64,000 nt of DNA, from NCBI GenBank assembly GCA_902778895.1, contig CACYZF010000003.1:162410-226409 (forward strand), written 5' to 3'. The position numbers and the translations under genes are program-made. Positions 49,301 to 58,477 of the stretch are shown piece by piece. The stretch is from an uncultured bacterium. GTDB taxonomy: Bacteria > Verrucomicrobiota > Lentisphaeria > Victivallales > UBA1829. Numbering within the stretch: position 1 is the stretch's first letter; every line of letters starts with the position of its first letter. The notes below the pieces were generated by a model. That model ran no database searches, had not been told where the DNA came from, and worked only from the letters and a program-made list of their open reading frames with translations.

Positions 49301-51458
49301 CGTTTGCGGAACCGCCGGACCCGACCTTTAAGCCGCCTCCGGCATGGATCGTGACACCGGTCGCTTTCCCGCCGTCCCCGACGATCGCGCTGCCGCCGTC
49401 GTTGACCGTGGCGTCGCTTGCGGAACCGCCGGACCCGACCTCCAGGTTGCCTCCGGCATGGATCGCGACTCCGGCCGCTTTCCCGCGGTCCGCGACAATC
49501 ATGCTGCCGCCGTCGTTGACCGTGGTGCTGTCCGCCCGCCCGTCGTCGGAGACCGTGAACTTGCCGCCGTCGTTGACCGTGGTGTGATCCGCCTGACCGC
49601 CGCGGACGTAGAGTCCGCCGTTGAAGTCCAGAGTGGCACTCGTCGCGGTCGTACTCGAGTGGACCGTGGCATAGCGCCCGTAGTTCAGCACAAGTCCGCT
49701 GAGCGTGTTGGAGAGGAACGTAACGGTTGCGCCGCCGTCGACTTCGACATATCCGCCGTTTTCCAGAATCCCGGTTGCCGTGCCGCCCGCGGAGACATAC
49801 ATGGATCCCCCGCAATTGACCGTGGCGCCGTTCGCCATGCCGCCTTCGGACACCTCGAACTCGCCGCCGTTGACCGTGGTGCTGTCCGCCGTGCCCCCGC
49901 TGTAGACGCGGAGACTGCCGTATTCGTTGACCGTGGCGCTGTTCACAATCCCCCCGCTGTGGACGCGGAGACTGCCGTATTCGTTGACCGTGGCGCTGTT
50001 CGCCGTCGTGCCGGAATGAACGGTGGCGGATGCTTCGGAAAGGACCAGTCCGCTGAAGCTGTTCGAGACAAAAGAAACAGTCTCATCATCCTCGAAATCC
50101 ACATACCCGCCATTTTCCACGATCCCGGTCGCCACGCCTCCATAATAAACATAAAGTTCGCCGCCGGAGGCAAGCATGATATTGGTTGCCGTGCCGCCTC
50201 CGGAGACTTGGAACTCGCCTCCGTTGACCGTGATGCGGTCCGCCGTCCCGCCGTCCTCAATAATCATGCCGCCGCCGTTGACCGTGGCGCTGTTCGCCGT
50301 GCCGCCGGAAGAAACAGCAAAAGTCCCGCCTTCGTTGACCGTGGCGCTGTTTGCCGTGCCGCCGTCCCGGACATACAGATTGCCGTAGTAGTTGACCGTG
50401 GTGCTGTCCGCCGTCCCGCCGTTCATCACGTACATTTCGTAGTTGTCGTCAAGCGTTTTGCCGTCCATGACGGAGGCGCTGGACAGCAGCTTGTTTCCCG
50501 AGCCGAAATAGACGCCGGAATACTCACTGGCGAATGTCACATATCCTCCTTCATAGACATTGACATATCCTTCGCAGGGCGTCCACACGATATTCGTCGC
50601 CGTACCCCCGCTGTAGACAAGCAGGCAACCGCCGCCGGTCATGATGGTGCCGTCTGCCGTCCCGCCGTCCCGGATATGCATGCTGCCGTCGGCGTTGACC
50701 GTGACGCTGTTCACCGTGCCGCCGAGGACGGATATGATACCGTCGACATCGATCGTGGCACTGTTCACAATGCCGCCGGAAGAGACGTACAGGAACCCCC
50801 AGCCTTTGACCGTGGCGTCGATCGCCGTCGTACCGGAGTGAACGGTCGCGGAAGCCTTGGAAAGAACGCATCCGCTGAATGCATGTTCGACAAAGGAGAC
50901 TGTCGCGCCGTTCGTGACGTACACATATCCCCCGTCTTCCACGATTGCCGTGGCCGTGCCGCCGGAATAGATGCGGAGATAACCGCCTTCGTTGACCGTG
51001 GTGCTGCCCGCCGTGCCGCCGGAGGAGATGGTCATTCTTCCGCCGTCATTGACCGTGGTGCCGGTCGCCGTGCCGCCGGAGGAGACATGGAGTATGCCGC
51101 CTTCATAGATCGTGGCGCCGTTCGCCGTGCCGCCGCTGGAGACGTATATTCTGCCGGCGTTGTTGAGCGTGATGACGTCCGCCAGGCCGTCTATGTAGAC
51201 ATGCATCTCTCCCATTCTGTTGACCGTAGTACCGGTCGCTGTGCCGCCGGAGGAGATATGAAGCGTGCCTCCGGAGGAAACGGTGCAGACATCCAGAATG
51301 CCGCCGCTGGAAACAAAGGCCTGCCCGCCTTCAGCGAGGCCGATCTCCTGTGCCCGCCCGTCATTCAGGACCTGCAGGACGCCCTCCTGAATGAAATACA
51401 GCCCGGACGAGAACGCGCCGGAGGTAACGGATACGATGCCAGAAGAAACGATTTCCAT
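46305..51458 (-). CDS. 1717-aa extracellular multidomain protein: AIDA-like repeats, degenerate zincin-like domain, peptidase C10, CARDB/Ig-like domain, RTX-like C-terminus
   Basis: (V/I)SSGGTAxxTTVNxGG repeats; YVYLDFDG..HMLDHIMG; WNQEDPYN..GCTNTAASQIIYYW..SHAIVADGYD..FHLDFGWG; PDLTIENL; GGDGDDTI, GDAGNDRI, GGIGNDRM, GGGGSDVF; RBS GAGGAG before MEIVSS; no signal peptide. Confidence 0.82.
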   Translation of the reverse strand: MEIVSSGIVSVTSGAFSSGLYFIQEGVLQVLNDGRAQEIGLAEGGQAFVSSGGILDVCTVSSGGTLHISSGGTATGTTVNRMGEMHVYIDGLADVITLNNAGRIYVSSGGTANGATIYEGGILHVSSGGTATGTTVNDGGRMTISSGGTAGSTTVNEGGYLRIYSGGTATAIVEDGGYVYVTNGATVSFVEHAFSGCVLSKASATVHSGTTAIDATVKGWGFLYVSSGGIVNSATIDVDGIISVLGGTVNSVTVNADGSMHIRDGGTADGTIMTGGGCLLVYSGGTATNIVWTPCEGYVNVYEGGYVTFASEYSGVYFGSGNKLLSSASVMDGKTLDDNYEMYVMNGGTADSTTVNYYGNLYVRDGGTANSATVNEGGTFAVSSGGTANSATVNGGGMIIEDGGTADRITVNGGEFQVSGGGTATNIMLASGGELYVYYGGVATGIVENGGYVDFEDDETVSFVSNSFSGLVLSEASATVHSGTTANSATVNEYGSLRVHSGGIVNSATVNEYGSLRVYSGGTADSTTVNGGEFEVSEGGMANGATVNCGGSMYVSAGGTATGILENGGYVEVDGGATVTFLSNTLSGLVLNYGRYATVHSSTTATSATLDFNGGLYVRGGQADHTTVNDGGKFTVSDDGRADSTTVNDGGSMIVADRGKAAGVAIHAGGNLEVGSGGSASDATVNDGGSAIVGDGGKATGVTIHAGGGLKVGSGGSANDATVNSGANMFVASNGTATGITVYAGGRLELGAGGTIQSAAISSGGIVTGHVDCQGITFDPGAELQLDLSVISPGNESALVNLAGLAEMQDCPSFTLPVSDSQDYGDYKLAENAWGFETKTISVYNSVADFGSLSLDRSVVVGSREYKLNLNDGDLILSVNATQPTQYVYLDFDGEEQARYKNPDLELSFDLSVADPEFSDEQRAAVVSALSERFGKYNIVFTLERPEGIEYSTLYFGVSSAFDEYGDFFGISETCDGNDQVRDDNAFVLLDSGYSDEQIISVASHMLDHIMGFSWSGSVDGSPAILKYAESKALLSLSAGWNQEDPYNKYCPIYPVTGERCVVGCTNTAASQIIYYWLQNGLLDFTLSLTDSDAYQSNRYIMIDSSDHPESGHLSFAETNKLLQSFNILDENCIAALCFAAGVVQQADYTSKETSTAWNGDLFIRAGFEKDEAAEQYESGMSYYDVLAYELLLGRPVGVSVRSQSHAIVADGYDSSRNMFHLDFGWGDETTRWYTVEEMDALRLYEGINGYVPVASPDLTIENLSVGKDPVEWKEDVTLSFTVSNEGKKMSEETMAYVYCGDAIIGVCGIAYISPGYSRDFTCTVNTASLKVGENILTVKVDSQNDEGTISAASVTITCKNGDVIPQTQTWEEIAGAEQYIVEYSPDDFEHAVQLDADTNALDSFQLPEGNYQVRVKADDGEEWTVIEPVVAGKVSDDPKFIRSDADGNADAFYVNAAGTWGSRYAARHVGSADAPWGGTKESVSLAGKNKLTDIFEGSTDASTLLMTDDANGDALFVDDIYSASPGELGLSQSRIARIGEIRAGAGDDVVDMTSNRIEYTGDGLTVRGGDGDDTIWTNKDDNLLFGDAGNDRIAGASGNDVIAGGIGNDRMHGGGGSDVFTFCNDWGADKVEQLGTGTVTLWFASGSEDNWNAETMTYKDGDNSVRVSGVNAENVRLKFGDDGSGMFSDLVSAGAFLEFTSRKIFEESGRGILAGR
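49150..51400 (-). repeat. AIDA-type 19-aa (57-bp) beta-helix coding repeats
   Basis: Recurring GTTGACCGTGGCGCTGTT units; a near-perfect 57-bp tandem duplication at 49894 and 49951. Confidence 0.88.
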
Positions 51459-51542
51459 ATGATCAAAACTCCTCAGCTCAGAACGGTGCGGCGGGCATCC
51501 ACCTCGGGATACGCGCACATCGGGATAGACAGTCTAACCAAT

Positions 51543-51570
51543 AATGTACTGGCTCTTTTTTGAAAATCAA
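51543..51570 (-). promoter_or_regulatory. Putative promoter of the giant gene
   Basis: TTGATT-N16-TACATT. Confidence 0.45.
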
Positions 51571-51654
51571 GCGGTTTTCTCATTTTCCCCGAATCAAATC
51601 ACGACGAATCGCAAAGCCGGAGTTCACCATATCAGGAAAGGCCAGAAACGCGGC

Positions 51655-51691
51655 AAAAAAAAGACCCGGCGCCGAAAACCGGCTCCGGGTC
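51655..51691 (-). terminator. Terminator closing the pilus/secretin operon
   Basis: GACCCGG/CCGGGTC stem followed by a T8 run on the minus strand. Confidence 0.75.
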
Positions 51692-51711
51692 GGAGGATTC
51701 GCTCAGTGCGA

Positions 51712-54546
51712 TTAGATCGCGGGAACGCCGCGTCCGCTCTGGTCTTCGCGGAACGGGGATCCGTCGGGCTTGATAAGGCGGCTGGTGAGGAAGATCAGGA
51801 GGTTGGTCTTCTTCGAGCCTTTGCCCTTGCCCTGGAAGAAGCGTCCGATCAGCGGGAGATCGCCGAGGATCGGGTACTGGTCTTCGATCATGGAGAGTTC
51901 GTCGCGGATCACGCCGCCGAGGACGACGGTTTCGCCGTCGTAGCTCATGACGTTCGTGTTCAGGTAACGGGCTTCGATGATCGGCATCTTCAGTGTGTTG
52001 GGATAGAGCTCGCCGTTGTCTCCCAGCGGGATGGAGTAGGAGTAGTCGGTCCAGCCGATGAATTCCTGGATGACCGGGGTCATTTCGAGGAAGATCGTGT
52101 AGTTGTCTTCTTCCACGCGCGGACGGACCTGAAGGGCGATACCTTCTTCGGTGGCGCCGCCGAACTGCGGGATGGATGGCGTGAAGACCGGCACGTTGGA
52201 GCCGTTGGTGGAGATCGTTTCGAGTTCGGCCTCATCCCAGTCGGTCGGGTAGTACTTCTCGGTGACCATGCGGATGACAGCGTTCTGGTTGTTCATGGTC
52301 GTCAGACGCGGCGCGGAAAGGATTTCCGTGGAGTCGGCGTTGTCGAGGGCATGGATGCCGCCAGCGAACTGGTAGCCGTCCGCGTTGTAGGTGGACCAGT
52401 TGAAGACCGTGTCGTTGTACGAACCGGTGGTGGCGCCGAAGATGCCGGGGCTGGTCTGGGCGTTGCGGTTGAAGTGGCTGTTCGGGCCCCAGGTGATGTG
52501 GTGGCCGTAGTTCTTCGCCGCTTCGTTCTGGAGGACGCCGCCGTAGTAGCCTTCGCCCGGTTCCAGGTTATCCGGGACGTAGTAGGTGTCGCCCTTCGAA
52601 ACGTTCATGGACTGCATCGCCTGCGTGTTCAGCTCGGTGATGGATTCCGTTCTCCAGGCGTTCGCGAGGGTGGTGTTGCGGGTGTCCGAACCGTTCTGAT
52701 AGTACATGATGAAGGACTCGCCGGCAACGACTCCGTCATTGCCGGTGGGCGAAAGCGGCTGGATGCCGCTGGCCTTGACTTCATCCCAGGTCGGGGCGAC
52801 GCGGGAGAACGTGTAGTCGAAGGAGAGTTCCTGAAGGTCGTTCATTTCGATTTCCACGAACTTGACCTGGATCAGGACCTGCGGGTCGGAGACGTCCATC
52901 TCGTCGATGAGGTCTTCCACACGGTCGATGGCTTCCGTCGTGTTGTAAACAGTCAGGCGGCTACTCATCTCGTCGTAGCGGACGGAGGCGCCGGTCGGGA
53001 ACGGAATACCGCGGTCGATCAGGTACTGCTTGACGCTTTCGTTGGTCAGGTCGCCGCCGATGATGCCGCTGGCGAGGATTTCCTTGTCGATCGGGAAGGT
53101 CTTGCGGACGAACTCGTCGAGCGGGACGTCCTTGGCTGCGATCACGACCGCGTAGTTTTCAACGCGGAAATGGAGATTGGCGGCTTTGCAGATGTAGCGG
53201 ATGGCGTCGATCAGGGAGACGTTTTCGACCACGAGACTGACCGTGGTGTTCTCGATCGTCTGCACGGGCTCGGCTCCTTCGGGACCGCCGATGGGATCGT
53301 CGTAGGAGTAGAAATCGCCTTCTTCGGACTCTTCCTCTTCCGTGGATTCTTCGTCCTCGTCGGCGAATTCGTCTTCATCGCCGAATTCGTCAATGTCGGA
53401 AGGCCGCGAGGCGGAGCTGGTCTCGTCAGTGTTGAAACGGAGGATGAAGTTGACGCCGATACGGTCCGGATCCTTGTCCTTGCTGGTGCTCTTCAGGTAC
53501 TGGACAACGGACGTGATGGAGACGTCGTCGAAGTCAACGCGCGGAATGATGATGTCGTTGAGTTTCTTCTGGATGGTGCCGATGTTGTCTTCCTTCACCT
53601 TGATGCTCTCGGTCACGACGTCGTCGGAGGTCTCGGAACCGGTCGGGATCGGGGAGATCATCTTCCAGAGTGCTTCCGCCTCGCGTTCGAGGAAGACGGC
53701 ACCCTGACGGCGCTGTCCGACCTGGGACTCGTGGAGGTAGATGCGGCGGAGGAAGTCGATGGCCGTGATGTTGTACGGGTCGAGGATGATGACCTGGTTG
53801 AACTTCTCCTGCGCCTTGTTCCACTGCTGGGTGTTGTAGAAGGTCTGGCCCTGGCGGATCAGGACGGAGATGCGTTTTTCACGGTTCTTCGCCTCGGGAA
53901 GGAGTTCATCTTCGGAGGTGTCCTTCTTGTACTGGGCGGACGCCTTCATGAGGGTGTACTCGTCGATGGTCTTGCGCATGATGGGCTCGGAAAGCGGATA
54001 AATCTTGATGCCTTCCTCGCACTTTTCGATGGCTTCGTCGTAGAGGCCGAGCTGCGCGGTCTTTTCCGCCTCGTTGAAGATCTTCCTCGCCCAGTAGTAA
54101 TAGGAGTTGGAGATCATCTTCTGGACTTCGGCGATCTTCTTCTGGTTCGTTTCCGGCACTTCGCCGTCGACGACGTCGGATTCAAGAAGCTTCAGGACGT
54201 CGACGTACGCATCGACCGCGACGTCGTATTCCTCGTGCTCGAACGCGGAGGAAGCCTTCTTCATGAGTTCGTCGGCATTCTTGTTCATCGCATCGCGAGC
54301 GATAAGCTCCTCGATGGACGCGGCGGTCTGATCCCGGAGCGCTTCTTTTTCTGCGTCGGTGAGTTCGGCTTCAGGCTGAGCCTCGACCGTCTCGACGGCG
54401 ACTGTTTCTTCCTCGACGGGAACATCCTCGACCTCCTGCGCGAGGGCAGGAACCGAGAAAGCAAGCGCCAGAAGGATGGCGGAATAGCGGGGGAATGCGT
54501 GCATGGGAGCCTCCATGAAATATTTCAAATCTTTAATCTTCTTCAT
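51712..54546 (-). CDS. Secretin (GspD/PilQ superfamily, Amuc_1098-like), copy 2
   Basis: Signal peptide, acidic linker, TPR-like helices, IIIPRVDFDDVSI N-domain, RLTVYNT..DPQVLIQVKFVE, ILSAPRLTT, GIALQVRP, VVLGGVI, LGDLPLIGRFF, NLLIFLTSRLI. Confidence 0.9.
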   Translation of the reverse strand: MKKIKDLKYFMEAPMHAFPRYSAILLALAFSVPALAQEVEDVPVEEETVAVETVEAQPEAELTDAEKEALRDQTAASIEELIARDAMNKNADELMKKASSAFEHEEYDVAVDAYVDVLKLLESDVVDGEVPETNQKKIAEVQKMISNSYYYWARKIFNEAEKTAQLGLYDEAIEKCEEGIKIYPLSEPIMRKTIDEYTLMKASAQYKKDTSEDELLPEAKNREKRISVLIRQGQTFYNTQQWNKAQEKFNQVIILDPYNITAIDFLRRIYLHESQVGQRRQGAVFLEREAEALWKMISPIPTGSETSDDVVTESIKVKEDNIGTIQKKLNDIIIPRVDFDDVSITSVVQYLKSTSKDKDPDRIGVNFILRFNTDETSSASRPSDIDEFGDEDEFADEDEESTEEEESEEGDFYSYDDPIGGPEGAEPVQTIENTTVSLVVENVSLIDAIRYICKAANLHFRVENYAVVIAAKDVPLDEFVRKTFPIDKEILASGIIGGDLTNESVKQYLIDRGIPFPTGASVRYDEMSSRLTVYNTTEAIDRVEDLIDEMDVSDPQVLIQVKFVEIEMNDLQELSFDYTFSRVAPTWDEVKASGIQPLSPTGNDGVVAGESFIMYYQNGSDTRNTTLANAWRTESITELNTQAMQSMNVSKGDTYYVPDNLEPGEGYYGGVLQNEAAKNYGHHITWGPNSHFNRNAQTSPGIFGATTGSYNDTVFNWSTYNADGYQFAGGIHALDNADSTEILSAPRLTTMNNQNAVIRMVTEKYYPTDWDEAELETISTNGSNVPVFTPSIPQFGGATEEGIALQVRPRVEEDNYTIFLEMTPVIQEFIGWTDYSYSIPLGDNGELYPNTLKMPIIEARYLNTNVMSYDGETVVLGGVIRDELSMIEDQYPILGDLPLIGRFFQGKGKGSKKTNLLIFLTSRLIKPDGSPFREDQSGRGVPAI

Positions 54547-54558
54547 TTCAGCTTCTCC

Positions 54559-57183
54559 TTACCGTCTGAAGTCCGGCAGACCGTTTTGCGTGTTGGTGCG
54601 GACCGGGATACCGTCACCGCTGATCAGGCGGGTCGATACCGAGATAATGAGGTTGTCCTTGTGCGCCTGGGAGGCGGACTCGGTGAACAGACGGCCGATG
54701 AGCGGGATATCAGCGAAGATGGGCCATCTGTCGCTGAGCTGGCCGTGACTGTCGCTGAGGATACCGCCGAGGACCACGGTCTGACCGTCGTAGACCTTGA
54801 TCGTGGTCTGGACCTCACGGTTGGAGATTTCCGGCATCTTGAGGGTCATGGGATATTCGTCGCCGGACGAGAAATCGCCGATCACGTAGTTGTAGCTGTA
54901 GTCGGACCAGCCGGTGAGGTCGGTAACCGAGGGATTCAGCTCCAGACGAACCGTGTAGTTGTTGGGCTGCAGGGTCGGCGTGACAGTCAGGCTGGTACCG
55001 ATGTCGCGCGGGCCGCCGAATTCCGGATAGGACGGTTCGAACGAAACGCTGGAACCGCAGCTGGTGTTGATTTCAGGTTCGGTCCAGCTTTCCGGGAAGT
55101 ACATCTGACGAACCATCTGCACCTGGGCCTGACGGCCGGAGACGGTCACTACCTTCGGCGTGGAAAGGATTTCCGAACGGTCGGTGCGGTCGATGGCATT
55201 GATCGTGAGGAAGAGGCTCCAGGTGCCGCCGGGACCGAAGTTCGGGATCAGGTTCAGGTTGTTCACGAGCGTATTGTCGGACCAGCCGGAGCCGATGGAC
55301 GGGGAGGTGAAGGTGAAATTGAAGTGATCGTCTTCACCGTTGCCGTGGGACAGGGTCCAGTCGAAGCCGAGTTCTTCCAGGTCGTTCATCTTGATCTCGA
55401 CCATCTTGGATTCGATGAGGATCAGCGGATCCTGCATGTCCATGTCGCGGATGGCGAATTCGAGCTGGCGGATGTTTTCGGGGGTGTTCACGACGGTGAG
55501 CTTGTTGGCACGGGCGTCGTAAGCGATGGAAGAACCTTCCTCGAACGGGATGCCGCTCTCGGAGAAGTAGGTGCGGAGGGTTTCGGGCGCGATGGAGGTG
55601 ACGCGCTGGCTGTCAGGATCGGACTCGGCGCCGCTCAGGGTAATCAGGCTGCCGACGGTGTCGCCGGGGCCGACCGTGTCTTCCTGCGTGATGCCGTCGC
55701 CGATGCCTTCGGCGCGCATATTGCCGACGATGCGCAGGATGGTGGCCTGGCGGATCGGAATGTAGCGCGTGACCATATCGCTGACGTCGGAACCGGAGCC
55801 GATCGTGATGATCTTGTCGGTTTCGTCGATACGGAAGTTGAGGCCGGTGATCTTGCAGATGTAACGGATGACTTCGTACAGCGGAATCTGGTCAAGGTTG
55901 AGGGTGATGGTCTTGTCCGCGTATTTTTCGGACTGCGGGACGATGATGTTAAAGCCTTCGCCCTGGGGGTCGAGATCCTTGCTGCGCTGACGGAGATAGG
56001 AAATCGCGGAGGTGATGTCGGAGCCATCGAATTCGATATGGTCGATCATCAGCTCGTTCAGGCGGTTGTAGAGCTCGTTGCCGGCCGCTTCGTAGGTCTC
56101 GGCACCGCCGGTGATCACGATGTTGCGGACATCGGGAATGCTCTCGACCCAGGCCCAATCGGACTGCGCCTGTTCGCGGAGGAGTTCGTTATAGACGCGG
56201 ACGTCCGCGATGGCGTAGAGTCTGCGGTAAATCTTTTCCAGAAGGGTGATGGCGTTCTCGTTGTAGGGATCCTTCACGAGGATCTGTTCCATCTTGTCGC
56301 GGGCCGCATCCCATTCGTCGTTCTGATAGAGGAACTGTCCGGCGCGGTACAGGAGGTTGATCTCGCGCTGGCGTTCGTCATAGCGCGGATCGACGGCCTT
56401 GAGGCTGGTCTCATCCCAGAAATTCTGGCTGTCGATGAGTTCCTGCGTCGTCTTGATCATGGAGTCGGCGATGGTGGCGAACTGCTCTTTTTTCTTCTTC
56501 ACGGGATCCTTGGCGATCTCGACCTGGAGCGCGGCGTTGTCATAGGACTCGCCGGGGAGGATGCCGAGATAGTAGACAACCTTGGCGTAAGTGAGGTCCG
56601 TGATGAGTTTCGGACCGATCTCAAGGATTTCATCGTTCCGGCTGGTGTCGGCGATGAGGAGAAGCTTGTTGAAGTCGTTCTCGCACTGTTCCAGAAGAGC
56701 GTTGCCGTAGAGGATCTGGGCTTTCTTGCGTTCGCTGGAAAGACGGTCCGCAAAAGCGGCCCGGGTCGTAGAGACCTCGCATTTTTCCAGTTCGGCCTTC
56801 GCGTCGTCAAAGAGCTTGAACGCATCCACGAACTGCTTTTCGTTCGTGCGGGTGATGGCCTTGGCAAGAAGCTCGTTAAACAGAGCTTCGTTCTCAAGCA
56901 TATCCGCTTCCGCCGCGGTCGTGACTTCCAGCGCGTCGCCGGAAAGCGCGGGTTCTTCTGTTTCGGCCTCGGCCTCCTGTTCGGCTTCAGCATCGGCCTC
57001 AACGGCCGACTCTTCGGCTTCGGAAGCCGGTTCCTCCGCGGTTTCCGTTACCACCGCGTCGGCGTCCGCCGGCACGGTCTCGTCCTGAGCGGAAAGCATC
57101 AGGGACGTCACGCCGAACGCGAGAGCGAAGACGGCGGCGGGCCGGAGGATCGGGCGAAGAAAACAATGGGGTCTCATCTTCAT
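54559..57183 (-). CDS. Secretin (GspD/PilQ superfamily, Amuc_1098-like), copy 1
   Basis: Signal peptide, acidic linker, TPR-like helices, KLTVVNTPEN..DPLILIESKMVE, ILSTPKVVT, GTSLTVTP, VVLGGIL, FADIPLIGRLF. Confidence 0.9.
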   Translation of the reverse strand: MKMRPHCFLRPILRPAAVFALAFGVTSLMLSAQDETVPADADAVVTETAEEPASEAEESAVEADAEAEQEAEAETEEPALSGDALEVTTAAEADMLENEALFNELLAKAITRTNEKQFVDAFKLFDDAKAELEKCEVSTTRAAFADRLSSERKKAQILYGNALLEQCENDFNKLLLIADTSRNDEILEIGPKLITDLTYAKVVYYLGILPGESYDNAALQVEIAKDPVKKKKEQFATIADSMIKTTQELIDSQNFWDETSLKAVDPRYDERQREINLLYRAGQFLYQNDEWDAARDKMEQILVKDPYNENAITLLEKIYRRLYAIADVRVYNELLREQAQSDWAWVESIPDVRNIVITGGAETYEAAGNELYNRLNELMIDHIEFDGSDITSAISYLRQRSKDLDPQGEGFNIIVPQSEKYADKTITLNLDQIPLYEVIRYICKITGLNFRIDETDKIITIGSGSDVSDMVTRYIPIRQATILRIVGNMRAEGIGDGITQEDTVGPGDTVGSLITLSGAESDPDSQRVTSIAPETLRTYFSESGIPFEEGSSIAYDARANKLTVVNTPENIRQLEFAIRDMDMQDPLILIESKMVEIKMNDLEELGFDWTLSHGNGEDDHFNFTFTSPSIGSGWSDNTLVNNLNLIPNFGPGGTWSLFLTINAIDRTDRSEILSTPKVVTVSGRQAQVQMVRQMYFPESWTEPEINTSCGSSVSFEPSYPEFGGPRDIGTSLTVTPTLQPNNYTVRLELNPSVTDLTGWSDYSYNYVIGDFSSGDEYPMTLKMPEISNREVQTTIKVYDGQTVVLGGILSDSHGQLSDRWPIFADIPLIGRLFTESASQAHKDNLIISVSTRLISGDGIPVRTNTQNGLPDFRR

Positions 57184-57243
57184 TGTCTCATCCTTGGTTG
57201 TTTTATTTTGAAATATTGATTATGTATCAACGGGTTAAGCGGG

Positions 57244-58461
57244 TTATCTCTGTCTCTGGAGGAAAGGAGAATCGTCTCTCGAGGTCGGCGTGCCGGGCGG
57301 GAGCGTTCTGCCGTTCGTCGTCGTAGTCGGCGTGCCGGGCGGGAGCGTTCTGCCGGTGTCGGCGGCGTTTTCCTTCGGGGCAAGCTTGAGCGTGTAGGTC
57401 TCGGGATTCTCGCCGGAAGATTCGACGACAGCTTCCTTCTTGACCGGATCGGCGGAAACGACCTTGTAAAGCTCTTCGCCGGTCTTCTCGGTGCCGAGCT
57501 TGAATTCGGCGCCGACCGAAGAAATGAACGTGCGGTTGAACAGGGCGTTCAGGAATCTCACGCGGGGCGCGGGATCGTAGACGGCCTGCTTGGGACGGCA
57601 GGGGATGCGTTCCGTTTTGCCGACGCGCTGGATATAGACGATCGGATCCTGCGTCTTGTCGTCGATTTCGATGTCCACGACACTGAAGTCGACGTTGTTG
57701 TTCTTGAACGTGCTGACGCCGATCTGGACAAATTCGGATCTCTTTCTGTTGTTGCGGACGACGTTGAACGTGGCCTGCCAATCCTTTTTATCGCTCTTCG
57801 TCCTGTCGACGGAGACCAGTTCCAGACCGGTGAAACGCTGCTGGCTGACGGCATCGACATAGACCTGCGTAATATACTTCGGATGGCTGAGCGGGTCGGT
57901 GGGATTGGTCTTGGCTCTGTACTCCTGAATGAGCGTGAAGCCGTCGCTGTCCTCATCGGAATCCGCCAGTGTGAATTCGGCGGAGATATTGAATTCCTTT
58001 TCCCATTCATCCGGGATGCTGTTGCCGTTCAGGTCGGCCTTGCCGGCAAGCTCGTCTTCTTCAACCTTAATGCGGGGGGCGAGCGCCTTGCCGCAGGCAG
58101 GGCATTTGCCGTTCTTCGTCTCACCGATGGCCGGATAGGAGTTGGCGGGGATCATGGCGTGGCAGAACACGCATTCGGCCATGGGGTACGGGGACATCAG
58201 CTGGGTCTTGTCGAGGGCCGCGACGGCCGGTTCGACCGTATTCCAGTCGGAGAAGATCGTCTCCATTTTGTACTTCGGGCCGGAGGTGAAATCAATGGGG
58301 TCGTAGTCGGAGGGCGGCGGAACACGATTGACCCAATCGGAAACCTTCTGGTCCTGCGCCCGCTGAATGAACATCAGCTGATAATAAAGCAATGCCGTGA
58401 AAATGATAAGCAGGATTGCCAGGATCATCTTTTCATAATGTGCGAGAAAAAACTTTTTCAT
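57244..58461 (-). CDS. Amuc_1099-like pilus-system protein
   Basis: N-terminal HYEKMILAILLII anchor; Ca-binding-like DLNGNSIPDEWE..DSDEDSDGFTLIQEYRAKTNPTDPLSHP; CxxC..CxxC; position in the operon. Confidence 0.7.
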   Translation of the reverse strand: MKKFFLAHYEKMILAILLIIFTALLYYQLMFIQRAQDQKVSDWVNRVPPPSDYDPIDFTSGPKYKMETIFSDWNTVEPAVAALDKTQLMSPYPMAECVFCHAMIPANSYPAIGETKNGKCPACGKALAPRIKVEEDELAGKADLNGNSIPDEWEKEFNISAEFTLADSDEDSDGFTLIQEYRAKTNPTDPLSHPKYITQVYVDAVSQQRFTGLELVSVDRTKSDKKDWQATFNVVRNNRKRSEFVQIGVSTFKNNNVDFSVVDIEIDDKTQDPIVYIQRVGKTERIPCRPKQAVYDPAPRVRFLNALFNRTFISSVGAEFKLGTEKTGEELYKVVSADPVKKEAVVESSGENPETYTLKLAPKENAADTGRTLPPGTPTTTTNGRTLPPGTPTSRDDSPFLQRQR

Positions 58462-58477
58462 GTCATCCTACTCCGTC

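Noticed and set aside
46305-51458. Classical type V autotransporter
   Set aside because: No signal peptide and no C-terminal beta-barrel ending in an aromatic residue; the tail is RTX-like.
51544-57219. 1891-aa plus-strand ORF
   Set aside because: Antisense shadow of the two secretin genes. It has no recognisable motifs, and high GC3 codon bias keeps the antisense frame open.
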